Source: the human T2T-CHM13v2.0 reference genome, Homo sapiens
Assembly: GCF_009914755.1 (NCBI RefSeq)
Contig: NC_060932.1
Length of the DNA stretch: 64,000 bases
Strand: one strand, 5' to 3'
Part shown: piece by piece, positions 1-14,190 of the stretch
Position numbering within the stretch: the first letter of the stretch is position 1
Layout of the letters: the number at the start of each line of letters is the position of its first letter
The notes under the pieces: generated by a model
What the model saw: the letters and a program-made list of their open reading frames with translations, nothing else
Told to the model about the DNA's origin: nothing
Databases searched by the model: none
Made by a program: the position numbers and the translations under genes

Positions 1-430
1 CATCCCCTCTGTAATATCTCCCCAATAATGCATTACCTCTGTCGAGTCATGAGAAAACATCAGGCACAGACAAACTGAGGAGCATTTTACACAATACCTG
101 AGTAGCATTTTTCAAAAGACAAGGAAAGACTGAGCTGAGTGACTGTCACAGATGGGCAAGGAGCAGGAGACATGACACCTACATGCAAGGTGGGACATTG
201 GAGTCGGTCCTGGAACAGAAAAAGGACCTTAGTGAAAAAACTGGTGAAATCCAAATAAAAGTCTGCAATTTGACTAACAGAATCATACGAGTTTCTTCAT
301 TTTATAATTATATTATGGTTACTTAAGGGTTAACAAAGGGGAAGCTGTATGAGGAGTATACAGAAACACTTTGTACTATTTTGGCAACTCATCTTTGCAT
401 CTAAAATTATCTCAAAATAGAAAGTTAAAA
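1..430 (+). mobile_element. Old L1 (L1MC/L1MD-type) 3' UTR fragment
   Basis: Resembles mammalian L1M 3' end (gtcctggaacagaaaaaggac...aaaaactggtgaaatccaaataaa...tttgtactattttggcaactc...ctaaaattatctcaaaat). Confidence 0.7.
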
Positions 431-454
431 CCAGAAAAGAGAGATTTAGCCTCT

Positions 455-568
455 TCCCCATGTGATGCCCTGCACAGCCTTGGGACTCTTCAGAGAGTCC
501 CCACAGCAAGAAGGCTCTCACCAGACGCATCCCCTTGACCTTGGACTGTCCTGCCTCCAGAACTGTAC
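455..568 (+). mobile_element. MST-type MaLR LTR fragment
   Basis: ccatgtgatgccctg...gggactcttcagagagtccccacagcaagaaggctctcaccaga...gaccttggactgtcctgcctccagaactgta matches MSTA/MSTB LTR. Confidence 0.7.
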
Positions 569-1011
569 CCTGAAAGCCACTTTCTTTCCCTTCATGGGAC
601 AGAAACAAAGACACGGGGAAGTTGTAGGCCACAGCGACCAAAAGGAATGTTGAGGTGAAGCTGCAGAGTGAAGCTTCTGCTTCCTCAACTCAGTTGAGCA
701 GCATAAGGTGGTGGGAGCAGCAGGGACTAGGCAACACTCAGCTCACCCGGGAGACTCGCTAGGCTTAGGAGGGGCAGAATATGGTGTTTGCCTCGTCACT
801 GAAACCAGAAGTTGTTGCCTAAATATACTACCAAAAACTCTCTCTGAAGTCTCTGTTTAAGAGCCATGGAAGATGGGAAAATTAATATATTTCTTTTCAA
901 ATCCAACTCAAAAGGCACAAAGAGCTGTTTATGCTCATCACCCGTGTGACAGCCAACTTTCCTTTTTTCACCAACCCACACAGGGGCCTCCGAAAAGTAA
1001 TATTACTACTG

Positions 1012-1071
1012 AAAAGTAATATTTCACAGTAAAATTTCATTAAAAGTAATATTTCACAGTAATATTTCATT
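1012..1071. repeat. 30-bp tandem duplication (2 copies)
   Basis: aaaagtaatatttcacagtaa(a/t)atttcatt at 1012-1041 and 1042-1071. Confidence 0.9.
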
Positions 1072-1496
1072 AAACAAAACAACAAGAAACACACAAACAA
1101 AGGATATTGTGCCCTGTAAGCAATGGCACATTTGAATGGAGGGAAAATGCTATGTTCTGTCCTCTCCAGCTGCCTCTTTTCTGAGCTGGTATATCAGGGA
1201 TACTGGTTGTGGCCCTGGCACTACCTGTACGTGACTGGCGGAGGTAGGAGAGAAATGAGGGGGAGGTGAGGGAGACAGAGAGTGGGCAACACGGGCGGGA
1301 TGGGGGATGGTATTTGTAAACAGGCCTTTGGGATGCCTTAAATTCTGCCAAAAATTTGAGTATTTGCTTATGGGACTGGCTTTAGAGATCATGATTTATC
1401 AAACTAGGATTAGAATGAAGAATATCCCCCGGGAAGGAAGCCAGTCTTGTGCCCCTGAGCCAGTCTCTTATTTAGAAACGGGTTTCCTCCTCATCA

Positions 1497-1672
1497 CAGT
1501 GCTCTCCAGGAGTAATTTCTGTGATGACAGAAATTTTTGGGTCTGTGCTCTTCTGTACAGTTGTCACTAGCCACATGCGCCATGGATCACCTGAAATGCA
1601 GCCAGCTTAATGGCAGGACAAGTTTAAATGTAAATAGTCACGTGACCACTGGCTGCCTATTGGACACAGCTC
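1497..1672. mobile_element. MER3-like hAT-Charlie DNA transposon
   Basis: cagtgctctcca...tttctgtgatgacagaaat...tagccacatg...gtaaatagtcacgtg...tattggacacag. Confidence 0.7.
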
Positions 1673-1831
1673 GAGGGACTAGCTTAACCATATTTTTTAA
1701 AATCATTATATGGATCAATATAAGCAAAGAGAAATAATTTCAAAGATGAGAATATATGTAATCAACCACCCAAACCCCAAAGATATGTGGAAATAAGAAG
1801 TAGCCAAATGAATAGTTTTACAGTTGTACCC

Positions 1832-2010
1832 AGAATCATGGAATTTCATGGCTGGAAAAAACTTTAGAGCTCATCTGTTTCAACCCACCTCATTTACTGC
1901 TGAGAAAGTAGGAGACCAGGGGAATATGTGATTTTTCCAGGGTCAAGGGCGAGATAGGGGCAGAAGCAGAACTAGAGCTAGGTCTCCCCAGCCCCATTCC
2001 AGGGCTGTGC
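1832..2010 (-). mobile_element. MIR SINE
   Basis: agaatcatggaatttc...gagctcatctgtttcaacccacctcattt...gagaaag; MIR core in reverse orientation. Confidence 0.65.
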
Positions 2011-3249
2011 AGGACTGCGTACAGCTTCACACACCTAGATTTGCCACCTCATTCATGTTAAACCTGCATTGGTACCAACGAGATATAGATGTACCCCGTT
2101 TCTCTTCTCCATACTCCCACTGTTCAGCCTCATCAAAATATCCCAAATGGGATGTTTCCAGAACAATTCTTTTTCAATGAAAAGCATCAAAGCTGCTGTC
2201 TTTCAGCCACATGGTCTGTCTTCTGGCCCCAAGGGAGGAGAGCTGAAATAATAAATCCTCTAGAGGATACAGAATCAAGGACACCAGAGAGCTTTCTCAT
2301 AAATTGCCTCTCCATTACAATTTGAGTATATTCACAATGGAGAACTCTAAATAAGATGAGGGAGAGGCTAATTCATTTTATAAACATCGCTTTAAATCTC
2401 TTCGTGTACCTGAGCCATGAAATTAATTAGGACTGTGATGAAACAGAAAAAAAAAAGAGTTGTTTGAAACGGTAATGAATATTACCTATTACCAGAGCCT
2501 ACTTTCTTAACCGGTTTACTTTCTAAAAGATGAGTAGATGATTTCATGGATCTAAATCTCCTTATGCAAAACCCAGATGAGAGCAAACCACCATTAATTG
2601 GGTATTCAGCAGAAAACATATTTAGCAGACAATCTATGTGGTATTCTTATCAAAAGATGTCTCTTGATTCTTCAAAAACAAGAGCAAGTTCCCTATTGGG
2701 GCCAACATTGGGAAAATCCATCCTCAAATAGAAATATGAAATTCTAAAGAAGAGTAACCACTTCTCAACAAGTGTGTGTGTGAGGGAGGCTGTTATGAAG
2801 ATATTCCAGATGTTTCCCTTCTGGTGTGATTTTGGGGTCTTTGAAAAGGCCAGTTCCTTACAAACTCACTCGTGGAATGTAAAGACCAAAGCTTCCACCT
2901 GCCTATCAAGGGAGGCTGGTCCAAGAAGTCTCACATGTCATTTGACTTCATTTGAATAAGAGCCCGCTCTGATGAAGATTAAAATTCACTTATTGACGTT
3001 GAAGCTTCTTTCTTCCTTTGCTCAAGGTCTTTCCTAAGCAAGACCCAGAAGCCCGCGGTAAAAGACACATCTAGTATGTGAATTAATTTCTGCTGACTGT
3101 AAACACATACACACATGATCAAAGTGACATCCTATGCATTCCATATAGCCTTGGCATCCCCAGAGGAGAATGGTGGCTTCTCAATAATCTATACACACGT
3201 AAATTATCACAGACACTGCATAAATAATTAAGGATGGTAAAAATATTAT

Positions 3250-3470
3250 AGCAGCAAATATTTACCAAACACTTTCTATGTGCCATTATTTCTTATATTC
3301 CTCATGACAATCTCTGAGATATGAAGAATTATTATCACCTTCATTGGCAGGATGGGGAAATTGAGGCAAAGAGAAGTGAAATAACTTGCTTTGAGGCATA
3401 CAACTACCAGGTGACAGAGTCAGGATTTGAATCTACATTTATCTGACTCAGATCCTGAACTCTTAAGAAT
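3250..3470 (-). mobile_element. MIR SINE
   Basis: MIR core attattatcaccttcatt...gatggggaaattgaggcaaagagaagtgaaataacttgc...ggatttgaatc. Confidence 0.75.
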
Positions 3471-3588
3471 TATATTAGTCTGCTATGTTTCACAGGGAGA
3501 AGGAGTAGAGAGAGACCAGGAACCAATAAATAATAGGGTCCCATGCCTTCTGGACGATTATTTCTGGCCTGTCAAGAATGTTCCTTGG

Positions 3589-3953
<365 letters not shown>

Positions 3954-5099
3954 TTAATCCTCCCAGGTGCCAGGTGTGGATCCAGTCAATTGGAATATTT
4001 GCCTTCAGTGACTTTCACTCTTCATTCCAAGCCCCTTCCTTCCACCCCCGAGCCCTGCCAATACTCTGTAGTCTCAATTTTTGTAGGTCCTCCTGTGCCC
4101 TCTCAAATGATATCCAATCTTCATCTATTCTGCGTTCAGAATGTAATGTGTGTGCTAACTGAATCAAGCTTCTTCCTTTAAGCTGAATCTTTGGCTCTGG
4201 GAGGACATAATCAATACCTTTACCTCGTGTGTCCCAGTGGTAAGAATTTTAGCCACACCGTTTCCCCCGGGCAGAGCTCTCACAAAGATGCTCGCTTAAT
4301 AAGGTCAGAGGTGGTCAGGGAGGAAATGGTGCGTGTGTTGGTTTTATCATCAACTATTACAGTTTTTTGCGGAAAGCCAACCTTTGCGTTGCTACACTCT
4401 TACACTTTGAAGAATCCAAGAACTCTTTTAGAATTACCACAAAGTTTACTTTCCAAAAATGCAGCTTTCTTAACATGCTGGGGGAGAGACAATCCAAGTG
4501 TCAGACTACTTTCCAGATAGATTTTCCTGGCAGTTAATATGTGGGTGCTGCTCAATGAACTACACCCCGGGAAGAAGGCTAAGCTGGGAGTTGGTAGTCT
4601 GTCATCCCCCCAGTGGGTCTCTGTTCCCAAGGGCCTCCCATGGTGTGAGCTGAGTGACCCTAGCATTGAAAGAGGTGGTTTCTCTACAAGCCTCGACATG
4701 GAGACCAACAACTCCAATTGGTGATTTGCTCAAGAAGCAGTGATCTGCCTGGCAGTGAGGAAAATCTGGATGTCTTGGGCTTTGGAGAATCCCCCCTTTG
4801 CAATGTGGCAGCCTCCTAAGGGGTTTTCAAGGGTAATTTTGAAAATTTGTGAGTGTTCCCTGAGAGTGTGAGATATGACACCACTGGGCGATAATAAGTA
4901 TATCATGTCCTCATAAAAATAACCATCACTGGCTAAGCAGCAACTGTGTTGTGAGCGTCTTTATTTCAGCAGGCATTGTTCTGGAATTATATACATATGC
5001 TAGGAATAAAGGCGGCTGATTCCTTCCTTGCTGTATCCAGTTATGTTGTCCTCAGAAGCAAGTGCCAGGCGATGTTCATTCCACCGGCGTCCCTTGGTG

Positions 5100-5530
5100 G
5101 CACCTCTTGTATCTGAGCCATCTAGAGGTAGTCCCCCTTTGTGACTCAGCCTTTCTCTTTCCATCTCTCAGCTCTGCTTTTCTCTGGGTTGACTTCACTT
5201 TGGGACCCACTTTCTCCATATGTCAGCTCCTGGCAATTTTAGCTTGCCCACTACAGCAAAGAGAGTGTCCCTTTGCAGAGAGTTACAATGGGCATTCTGG
5301 AAGCCAGTTCCATTGGCTGTTGCTACCCTGGTTTGGGTCATATGCTAATCCCAGCACCAGGCCAGGCCACGAAGGTGTGAGTGGTGCTCTCATTGGCCAG
5401 TCCTGGGCCTGGAGCAGGGGGCTATGCTGGGTTCAATCCACTCCCTGAAAAAACAAAAGGCCTGAGAGCGGGACGGGGTGGGGGACCCAAGGAGTCCCAG
5501 GCTGCTGTGGCTGAAGAAATGGCAGTGGAT
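5100..5530. mobile_element. Old MLT1 (MaLR) LTR remnant
   Basis: ccatctctcagctctgctttt and cattggc...ttgggtcatatgctaatccc motifs typical of MLT1J/K. Confidence 0.5.
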
Positions 5531-6226
5531 GCTCACAGGCAAAAACGACCTACGTCAGCTTCTCAGATCCTCTCCGTTCCCACTTCTCTTGCCTCCGTTT
5601 CTGCAGTCACTACCATGCAGTCTCTCTCGCCTCCTTTTCTCTACCTCCTCACTATACTAACTCTGCCTTTTACTGCCTCCCAATTTCCACGCCCTCAAGC
5701 CTCCTGTTTACTTTCTCTTCTGAGCCTCCTCCTATTTCTGCTTACTCTGCTGTTGTTCCTCTTTTACAGCCTCACATTGAGTTCCCTGGAAGTGTATCGA
5801 ATTGGGTCTGTTAGCATCTAGGACAGAGTGTCCCTATTAATCAGCAGGGTCATGGGAAGCCAGCTCAGAGCCACCAACCAGCCTCCAGATTGTTTCCTTC
5901 AGGTCTGATGCCTTTGCCTAGGATGATCCAGCAGGATGATAGAGCCACATCTTGTGTTATAAATTAAGGGACCCACATAGAAGGTACGACTATTGGTGGC
6001 TTTGCTCAGAGTACAACAATCAGAACTTCATGGCCTAAAGAACACATTTGGTATTTGTCCTAAAGGACCAGCCTTCATTATCTCTGTCTATGCTATATAA
6101 ACCTAACATAACACTTGCTGAAAGAAAGATCTTTATAGAGTAGATGCAATGTGCTTTTTTTATACTCTAGGTGATACCACTGGTGGATGCATGGCTGGAT
6201 GAAAACTCTAGAAACCAACAACCTCA

Positions 6227-6649
<423 letters not shown>

Positions 6650-6954
6650 CTATTCCACACCTGCAGGGAGTACAAAGCATGGCAGATGGGTTTCAAAGGT
6701 AGCAAGAAACAATTTTATTAAACCAGACGGGAGTAGTAAGAGAAGCTTCTAAAAGCATAGTCTTACACAGGGCCATGGCATAGATTTGTGACTACTTCAA
6801 TGTAATTGAAATTTAGGAGCTTTGTAATTTGAGTTCTAAAATTTAATAAAATGGGAAGCCCAACAGTTCTTTAATTTCATTTTAATAAAGGAATCTTCAT
6901 TTTATCTACCATGCTGTCTTCCTCCCTCCCAACTGTGATTACTGGTAGTCAGAA

Positions 6955-7072
6955 CTAGCACCAGGCTAGCATAAAATTGAAGGAGACCCTCACCCAGGCA
7001 CCAGCACTGCATTTGCGGGGGCCCTGAAGTGAAGGCCTCCTTAAATATTGCACCCAGGGCTCCTGACCCTCT
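6955..7072. mobile_element. MER96-like palindromic hAT MITE
   Basis: Inverted arms gcataaaattgaaggagaccctcac ... gtgaaggcctccttaaatattgc. Confidence 0.6.
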
Positions 7073-10000
7073 GCAATGGAAGTGTGGTGATTTCATTTTC
7101 CTAAAAGCAGAACTTTTTGGTGTTTTAGATGAGGTCAATCACTTTATCCTTCTCTTTCTGACCTGGATTAATAGATTCAGACTAAAAATGAAGAATTTCT
7201 TTCGTATGTGTGTGAGACAGAGGTGAAAATGCAAATTTTTCTAAATGTAAAAAAAAAAAAAATCTTGATTTTATGTTAGTTCACTTAACATGAATGATCA
7301 AAACGCTCCTCCTGGCTGGGTTTGTCTGGGGCTGCCTGGTCCCCTCCTCTGCTCCGCGCATTTCTGCATTGGCAATGTCTCCCAGAGTCCAAGTGCTTTC
7401 TAGACAGCTCATGTTCATCTGTCTTATTAATAATTGGCTGCAACCTTTCCAATTTTCCCCTCTAATAGGCTTGCAAAGTTTTGTTACTTATCACATTATG
7501 ACCTCAGTTCTTCTAGATTTTTACATTACTCGTCTAACACCTTCAGGGAAATTGAAGGATCACCTGAGTAACTCTATGCTGATGAGGAAGCCTTTGAGGC
7601 GAGCACCAGCCTAGACAGGACCAGGATGTTCTCTGGAAACCTGGGTTAATTGTCTCCCGTCTGCTTGGCATAATCACCTCACTCAACTTTCCTTCCAGCA
7701 GTGAAAAAATCCTGAGAACAGATATCTCCCCAGAAAACAGTGGGAGCAGTCTTCACTCATTCCCTCACTGAGAGGCACCCTATTCACTCATTCATTTATT
7801 CATTCTTCTACTTCCTAAGAGGTCTTACTCTGCACGTTGAGCATACCTTATAGTGATAAGCATGGCATTTCCTTTAATTTTCTTGGAACGTATTCCAGGC
7901 TTCTTGCTCTATTAAAAATATGTATGTCTATTCAGGAAGGTTCTTTCTCAAACATTTATTCCTGGAGGAAAAAATCCTTAGAAACTTTGACTCAGGGGTG
8001 TATGTTTTCAAAATTGTATTGAAAAATAACTGCCTTTTGATGAATAGTAATGAATCATGTTAAACATCAGATGTTCGAGTTGCAACTCTGGTATGAGTGT
8101 TGTAAAGAAATGATAGTTCACAGGGATTCCTCATGGGTTCCTGTGATGTCCTGAGGTTTCATTTCAGTGTGTTTGTTTGTTTGAATTAGAGAGAAGCCAG
8201 AGAGGTCATCTAGGGGGCCACCTGGCTGGTCAGACTGGTCTCCCAGGGGCACTACCAAAGTGAGTCTCTAGTCTGGTCCTGGCTTCTCAGGGCAAGAAAT
8301 GATTTGTTAGGGCACCTGGAGGTGTTTGGCTTAGGACTGCCTGTTGCTTAATCAAAATCACAAGAAACTGACATGTGAAGTGTAAGTCCAGTTTATGCAT
8401 ACTTAGTGCAAAATATACCAGCCAAATGGTCAAGAATATGTGTAACACTGGTGGCTGCTGGTGTCTGTCCATAAGAGCCTCCTGTATCCATCTCCATTGC
8501 AGGGCGGTCCATCTCAGGGCACATAATAATTTTAGCTATGGTCAGGCTATCCTCCTCCCCGTCTTCTCCCCAACAGTATCAGGGAAAGAGTGACAATTTC
8601 TGGATTAAATTATCTTTCTAAAAGTCCCCATGTTTATCATTTCAATTTGGAAGAGTCTTTCTTGAGATTAGTTCTTTTCATTCACTGTGACCAGCCCAGG
8701 GACCCATTTGGTGACATGATATTGCCTTCCTAGAAATGTATGCTCACCATCCACTGGGCCTGGGGTTCTTAAGTTTCTCTAAGCCATGCATTCTGTGACT
8801 ATCACCCAGAGTCTATCATTTCTACAGACAGTTGATTGCATCTAGTATACTAAGAGTTTCTGCCTGTCAGGGGGCCTTTCCTGAAGGGCTGAATGGGCCC
8901 TGCTGGTGCCTCCATGTGCAGACAATTTTGACAACGACCACACAAAAGAGAAGAAATGATCGATGTGTCTATGAAACCAAAGCAAACTGAAGGCCTGCTT
9001 TGCCTGCCTTTGCTGAACTTCAACCTCGTTTAAGTGTAACAGCAAATAAACGTTGTGTAGAGATCTCAAGATTTGAAAGCTCCACTCCCTTACTACACAC
9101 ACTAGTGCTCATGTATATACATTTGAACATATGAAAGAGTAAGCAAACCAGTGAAGACAGAGTTTTGTACTTAAAAACACTAAAAATAGTTTAATCTTTC
9201 TTGTCTATATTTTCACAATCAAGTTTGTATGTTACAAAGTTCTAAAAATCTCAGTTTGGTCTGAATATTTATATTTAAAAACCAAACCTAATCTGATGGA
9301 AAAGCAGATGACGTCTCATTTATGCTTTAAGTAACACACTGAAAATGCATATCACGCCAGTGTGTGTGGGTAGGTTTTGCCTGTTCAAACTCTCACAATA
9401 GGCAGAGATGATTGATAACAAGACCAACTCGAGGTTGCTTCTCTGAAACCCCACCCTCTCCCCCAACCTCTGCAAGGACAAGTCGGCTTTCTTTCAGTAA
9501 CATGAAGACTCAAAGTAAAAAAAAAAAAAAAAAAATAGCATTGACTGGTTAGTCAGAATGCTTTCCTGGCTGGAAAACCACCACCGGAGGGGCCAGGAAA
9601 TGACCATTTTCAGCCTTCTGTGGTACATGAAGTATAAACCATACACAGTATCATGTGAAACCAGGGAAACTCATATATTTCAGGAAAATCCCCTTACCCC
9701 TCAGGGTTGTTGGTTTTTGTTCTATGTGAATCAAATTCCTGTATTTTCCTACAGAGCAGCTATGGTTCCCGCTGGAAGGAAACGGAAGACTTCAGTTCTC
9801 TGGAGGGAGCTTCTCCCGCAGCATACAGGTTCTTGCTGGAACCCTGTTGCATTTCCTCTGTAGGACACACAGGTTTATCTAAGCTGTGAAAGCAACACAG
9901 AGATAAGACCCATGGTGTTTTCCTTGTTAGAAAAAAGCTGTCTACTTCCTGTCTGGAGAAACCAGGGACACTTGATTTTGAAGGGACTTCAGCAATGTAA

Positions 10001-10519
10001 GCACAAAATCAGCCCCTTCTCTTTAATTTAAATTCCACCCTTCTCTTGGGTGACGGCTGTTTCTAAGTTATTTAAAGATTTAGAAAGTAGCTAGAAGGTC
10101 ACTGGGTTTGTGGCGGCATTGGCTTTTAAGCTTGTGCAATAAAACCACATTCGGCTTGTTCCCTAAGGTGAGGGCAGAAATGACTGGACGGAATGCCCAC
10201 CTGCCCATACAGTTTGAAGAGAACAGTCCAAGTTCTCAAATAGTTCGAAACCTTTTAAGAAATCAGAAATAGTAGGAAACATTGCATCTGAAGTCACAGA
10301 ATATGTTAATATTAACCCGTGTGGCTGGAATAAATGTGCAAGCTGATGTGTTAATCTCTGACGTATTTGGAGATATTTCCTTTACGTAAATAATTTAAAC
10401 TGTCCACAAGATAACTTCATTTTCTACAGAGTCCGATTTGATTTTAACATTTTTTGAAGATCATGGGAGTTTATCATTTTGTTTTTGGTTTCATTCAATG
10501 GTAGCAATCTGAGATAGTC

Positions 10520-10974
<455 letters not shown>

Positions 10975-11094
10975 TTAGCAAACATTGTTGCATGGTCCAA
11001 AAGTGTTATTCATTGAAGATACATGGAGAGCAATGCCTATCCCTGACTTCCTGGCTCTTAGGGATCAGGGAGAAAAATGGAGGTGTAAGGAGGC

Positions 11095-11135
<41 letters not shown>

Positions 11136-11503
11136 TTTACATGGTGTTAAGCTAAGAAGAAAAAGAATAGGTTACGAGGGTGATTTGATTGATTTGAGGG
11201 AAGGCCTCCCTGAGGTGGAGACATTTAAATGGAAGAATTAAAAAAATAAATTAGCCAGGCAAGGGCTAGGTATTGCAGGCAGAGGAAGGGGTGCGTGCAA
11301 CGGCCCTGACGTGTGAATGTCTTTAAGGCTGAAGAAGCCAAGCAGGTGGAGGCATGTGCTATGGGCTGATGGAGTCAATTGGCAGGAGGCAGGTCCAGGT
11401 GGTGCTGGCTTGTAGGCCCAGAGAAGCAGTTGGAGTTTTCCTGAGTTCAGTGGGAAGCCACTGGAAGCCTTTAACACAAGGGCAGGACCTGACCTCATTC
11501 ACA

Positions 11504-11781
11504 GTTTTTTTTTTTTGAAACAGAGTCTCACTCTGTCACCCCAGCTGGAGTGCAGTGGTGCAATCTCGGCTCACTGAAACCTTCACTTCCCGGGTTCAAG
11601 TGATTCTCCTGCCTCAGCCTCCAGAGTAGGTGGGATTACAGGTGTCCACCAGCATGCCTGGCTAATTTTTTTTTTTTTTTTTTTAGTAGAGAAGGGGTTT
11701 CGCCATGTTAGCCAGGATGGTTTTGATCTCCTGACCTCGGCCTCCCAAAGTGCTGGGATTATAGGCGTGAGCCACCATGCC
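11504..11781 (-). mobile_element. Alu (AluS) with short internal deletion
   Basis: Reverse Alu; TSD attcaca(g/t)tttt; left arm reads ctgacctcggcctccc. Confidence 0.95.
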
Positions 11782-11804
11782 TTATTCACATTTTTAAAAG
11801 AGCT

Positions 11805-12385
11805 CCTGACAGCTGGTCTTTGCTGGACACCATGAACCACATGGTCCAAACCTTCTTCATTCCCTCAAACACCGGCCACCCTGCAACTATGAGATGCTCA
11901 GGGAGGAGTAAGAGGTGGCTGTGCTGAGGGTGCCCTACAACCCTCCTCCCTCAACGTCCGCCATGATCCACATCTGCAGCAAGACCTCTGTGCCCGACCA
12001 TGTCATCTGGTCCCCGTTTAACAACCGCTTCATGAACTCCTGCTGCTTGGGCTTCATAGCATTCGCCTATTCCATGAAGTCTAGGAACAGGAAAATGGTT
12101 GGTGACCTGAGCAGGACCCAGGCCTATGCCCCCACTGCCAAGTGCCTGAACATCTGGGCCCTGGTTCTGCACATCCTCATGATCATTCTGTTTATCATCA
12201 TCCCAGTGTTGATCTTCCAAGTCTATTGATAGAACAGGAGGCAGCATCCAGGCCAGGAGCTCTGACCATGACCTGTCTCCCACACACTCCACCTTCCATT
12301 CCTCGCCCTGTATCAGCCCTTTATCCTCACACACTTTTCTACAATGGCATTCAATAAAGTGCATGTGTTCCTGAAAAAAAAAAAA
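11805..12385 (+). pseudogene. IFITM8P: IFITM3-like processed pseudogene (probably IFITM8P)
   Basis: ATG at 11832 (MNHMVQTFF); 1-nt frameshift near 11883; in-frame TAA at 11909-11911; intronless CD225 domain (VPDHVIWS...[11 protein letters not shown]...AKCLNIWAL...IPVLIFQVY); AATAAA 12353-12358; poly(A) 12374-12385; TSD aaaagagctcc. Symbol from recall of locus context. Confidence 0.93.
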
Positions 12386-12841
12386 GAGCTCCCTGGCTAG
12401 AGGGTGGAGAGGGGACTAGGGAAGGAGCAGAAGCCAGGGCTTTCATTGTAAGGATTAAATGAGATAATGAATGTGTAGCATTCAGTGTCATAACTGACCC
12501 ATCATCATTTCCCAGTTCATGTTAGTCATTTCTATTAATAATTATGATCTATATTATTAATAATAGTACTTCCTTGGCATCATAATCTGATTGTATAAAC
12601 TCAACGTGTACACCAGAAACTAAATGTCCTCTCTGACTTCATTCACTACAGTGTCAGAAAAAAAAGTTGTTAGAAAAAATTCCCAGTCTGTGGCCTGGGG
12701 GTTAGGGAACCCCGGGTTTAGAGAAGACTCAAGCCTACTGTGTCTGAGTCAGGAGATGGGAAATGAGTTTACTGGCCTAGATGAAGCTCAAGTTAATGTT
12801 GATTCCCAAGTTCTTCACCTTATTATGGCCCACATAGCTAG

Positions 12842-13230
<389 letters not shown>

Positions 13231-13512
13231 AAGAAGTCACTTCTTAAACATACTTTGTTTTCCAGAAATCACAATACAGTACAGTACTTACTTTTGTGAG
13301 ATTTGCTTCTGACCCAATCAAGGATACAAGCAGAGAGAATGTGTGTTTGGAGAGCTGGCATTCATGCAAATTTCAAGCTTTGGGAAAGGGATTTACTGGC
13401 TATCCAAAATCAAAGGCATGTACTTCTCAACCTCTAGGCAGTAGGACGGGATTGTATTCCTGTCTGACCAATGGGAAATCGGAGGCACAGTAGGCCTGAG
13501 TCTTCTCTAGAC

Positions 13513-13963
13513 CAGGGGTCCCCAACCCCCGGGCCATGGACCAGGATTGGCATTTATAGCCGCTCCCCATTGTTCCCATTACCACCTGAGCCCCACCTCC
13601 TGTCAGATCAGTGTTGGTGCTAGATTCTCATAGGAGTGCAAACCCTATTGTGACTTGTGCATGTGAGGTATCTGGGTTGCATGCTCCTTATGAGAATCTA
13701 ATGCCTGAAAATCTGCCAGTGTCTCCCATCACCCCCAGATGGGACCATTTAGTTGCAGGAAAACAAACTCAAGGGTCTTGCTGGGTCTACATTATGCTGA
13801 GTTGTATAATTATTTCCTTATATATTACAATGTAACAATAATAGATATAAAATACACAATAAATGTAATGCACTTGAATCATCCCAAAACCATCCCCCCA
13901 CATCTGTGGAAAATTTGTTTTCCACAAAATGGTCCCTGGTGCTGAAAAGGTTGGGGATCACTG
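13513..13963 (+). mobile_element. MER1A-like hAT-Charlie DNA transposon
   Basis: TIRs caggggtccccaacc...ggttggggatcactg; perfect 8-bp TSD ctctagac at 13505-13512 and 13964-13971. Confidence 0.92.
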
Positions 13964-14009
13964 CTCTAGACCAAGAAAAAGCACAGAGTAAATGTGGGAG
14001 CAAAATGCT

Positions 14010-14190
14010 GAAGAACTTTGCTGACTCTTCTCAAAGCCTCATTTTTCCCATCTATCGAATGGCTGTAATAATCATGCCCTCCTTTTAAGGTTGCTGTGAG
14101 GATTGAGGGAGAGAATTCATAAATGTGTTTCCACTGGATCTGACACAAAAAGAGCTGGACAGTTGTTAATTGTTGAGGCTATCATTGTTA
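14010..14190 (+). mobile_element. MIR
   Basis: aagcctcatttttcccatctatcgaatggctgtaataat...ggttgctgtgaggattga. Confidence 0.7.

Larger units (their letters stand above)
10975..12440. mobile_element. L2 fragment hosting an Alu and the IFITM retrocopy
   Basis: ggaaggcctccctgaggtggagacattt...gggaagccactggaagcctttaacacaagggcaggacctgacctcattcaca[Alu]tttttaaaagagctc[IFITM]cctggctagagggtggaga. Confidence 0.7.
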
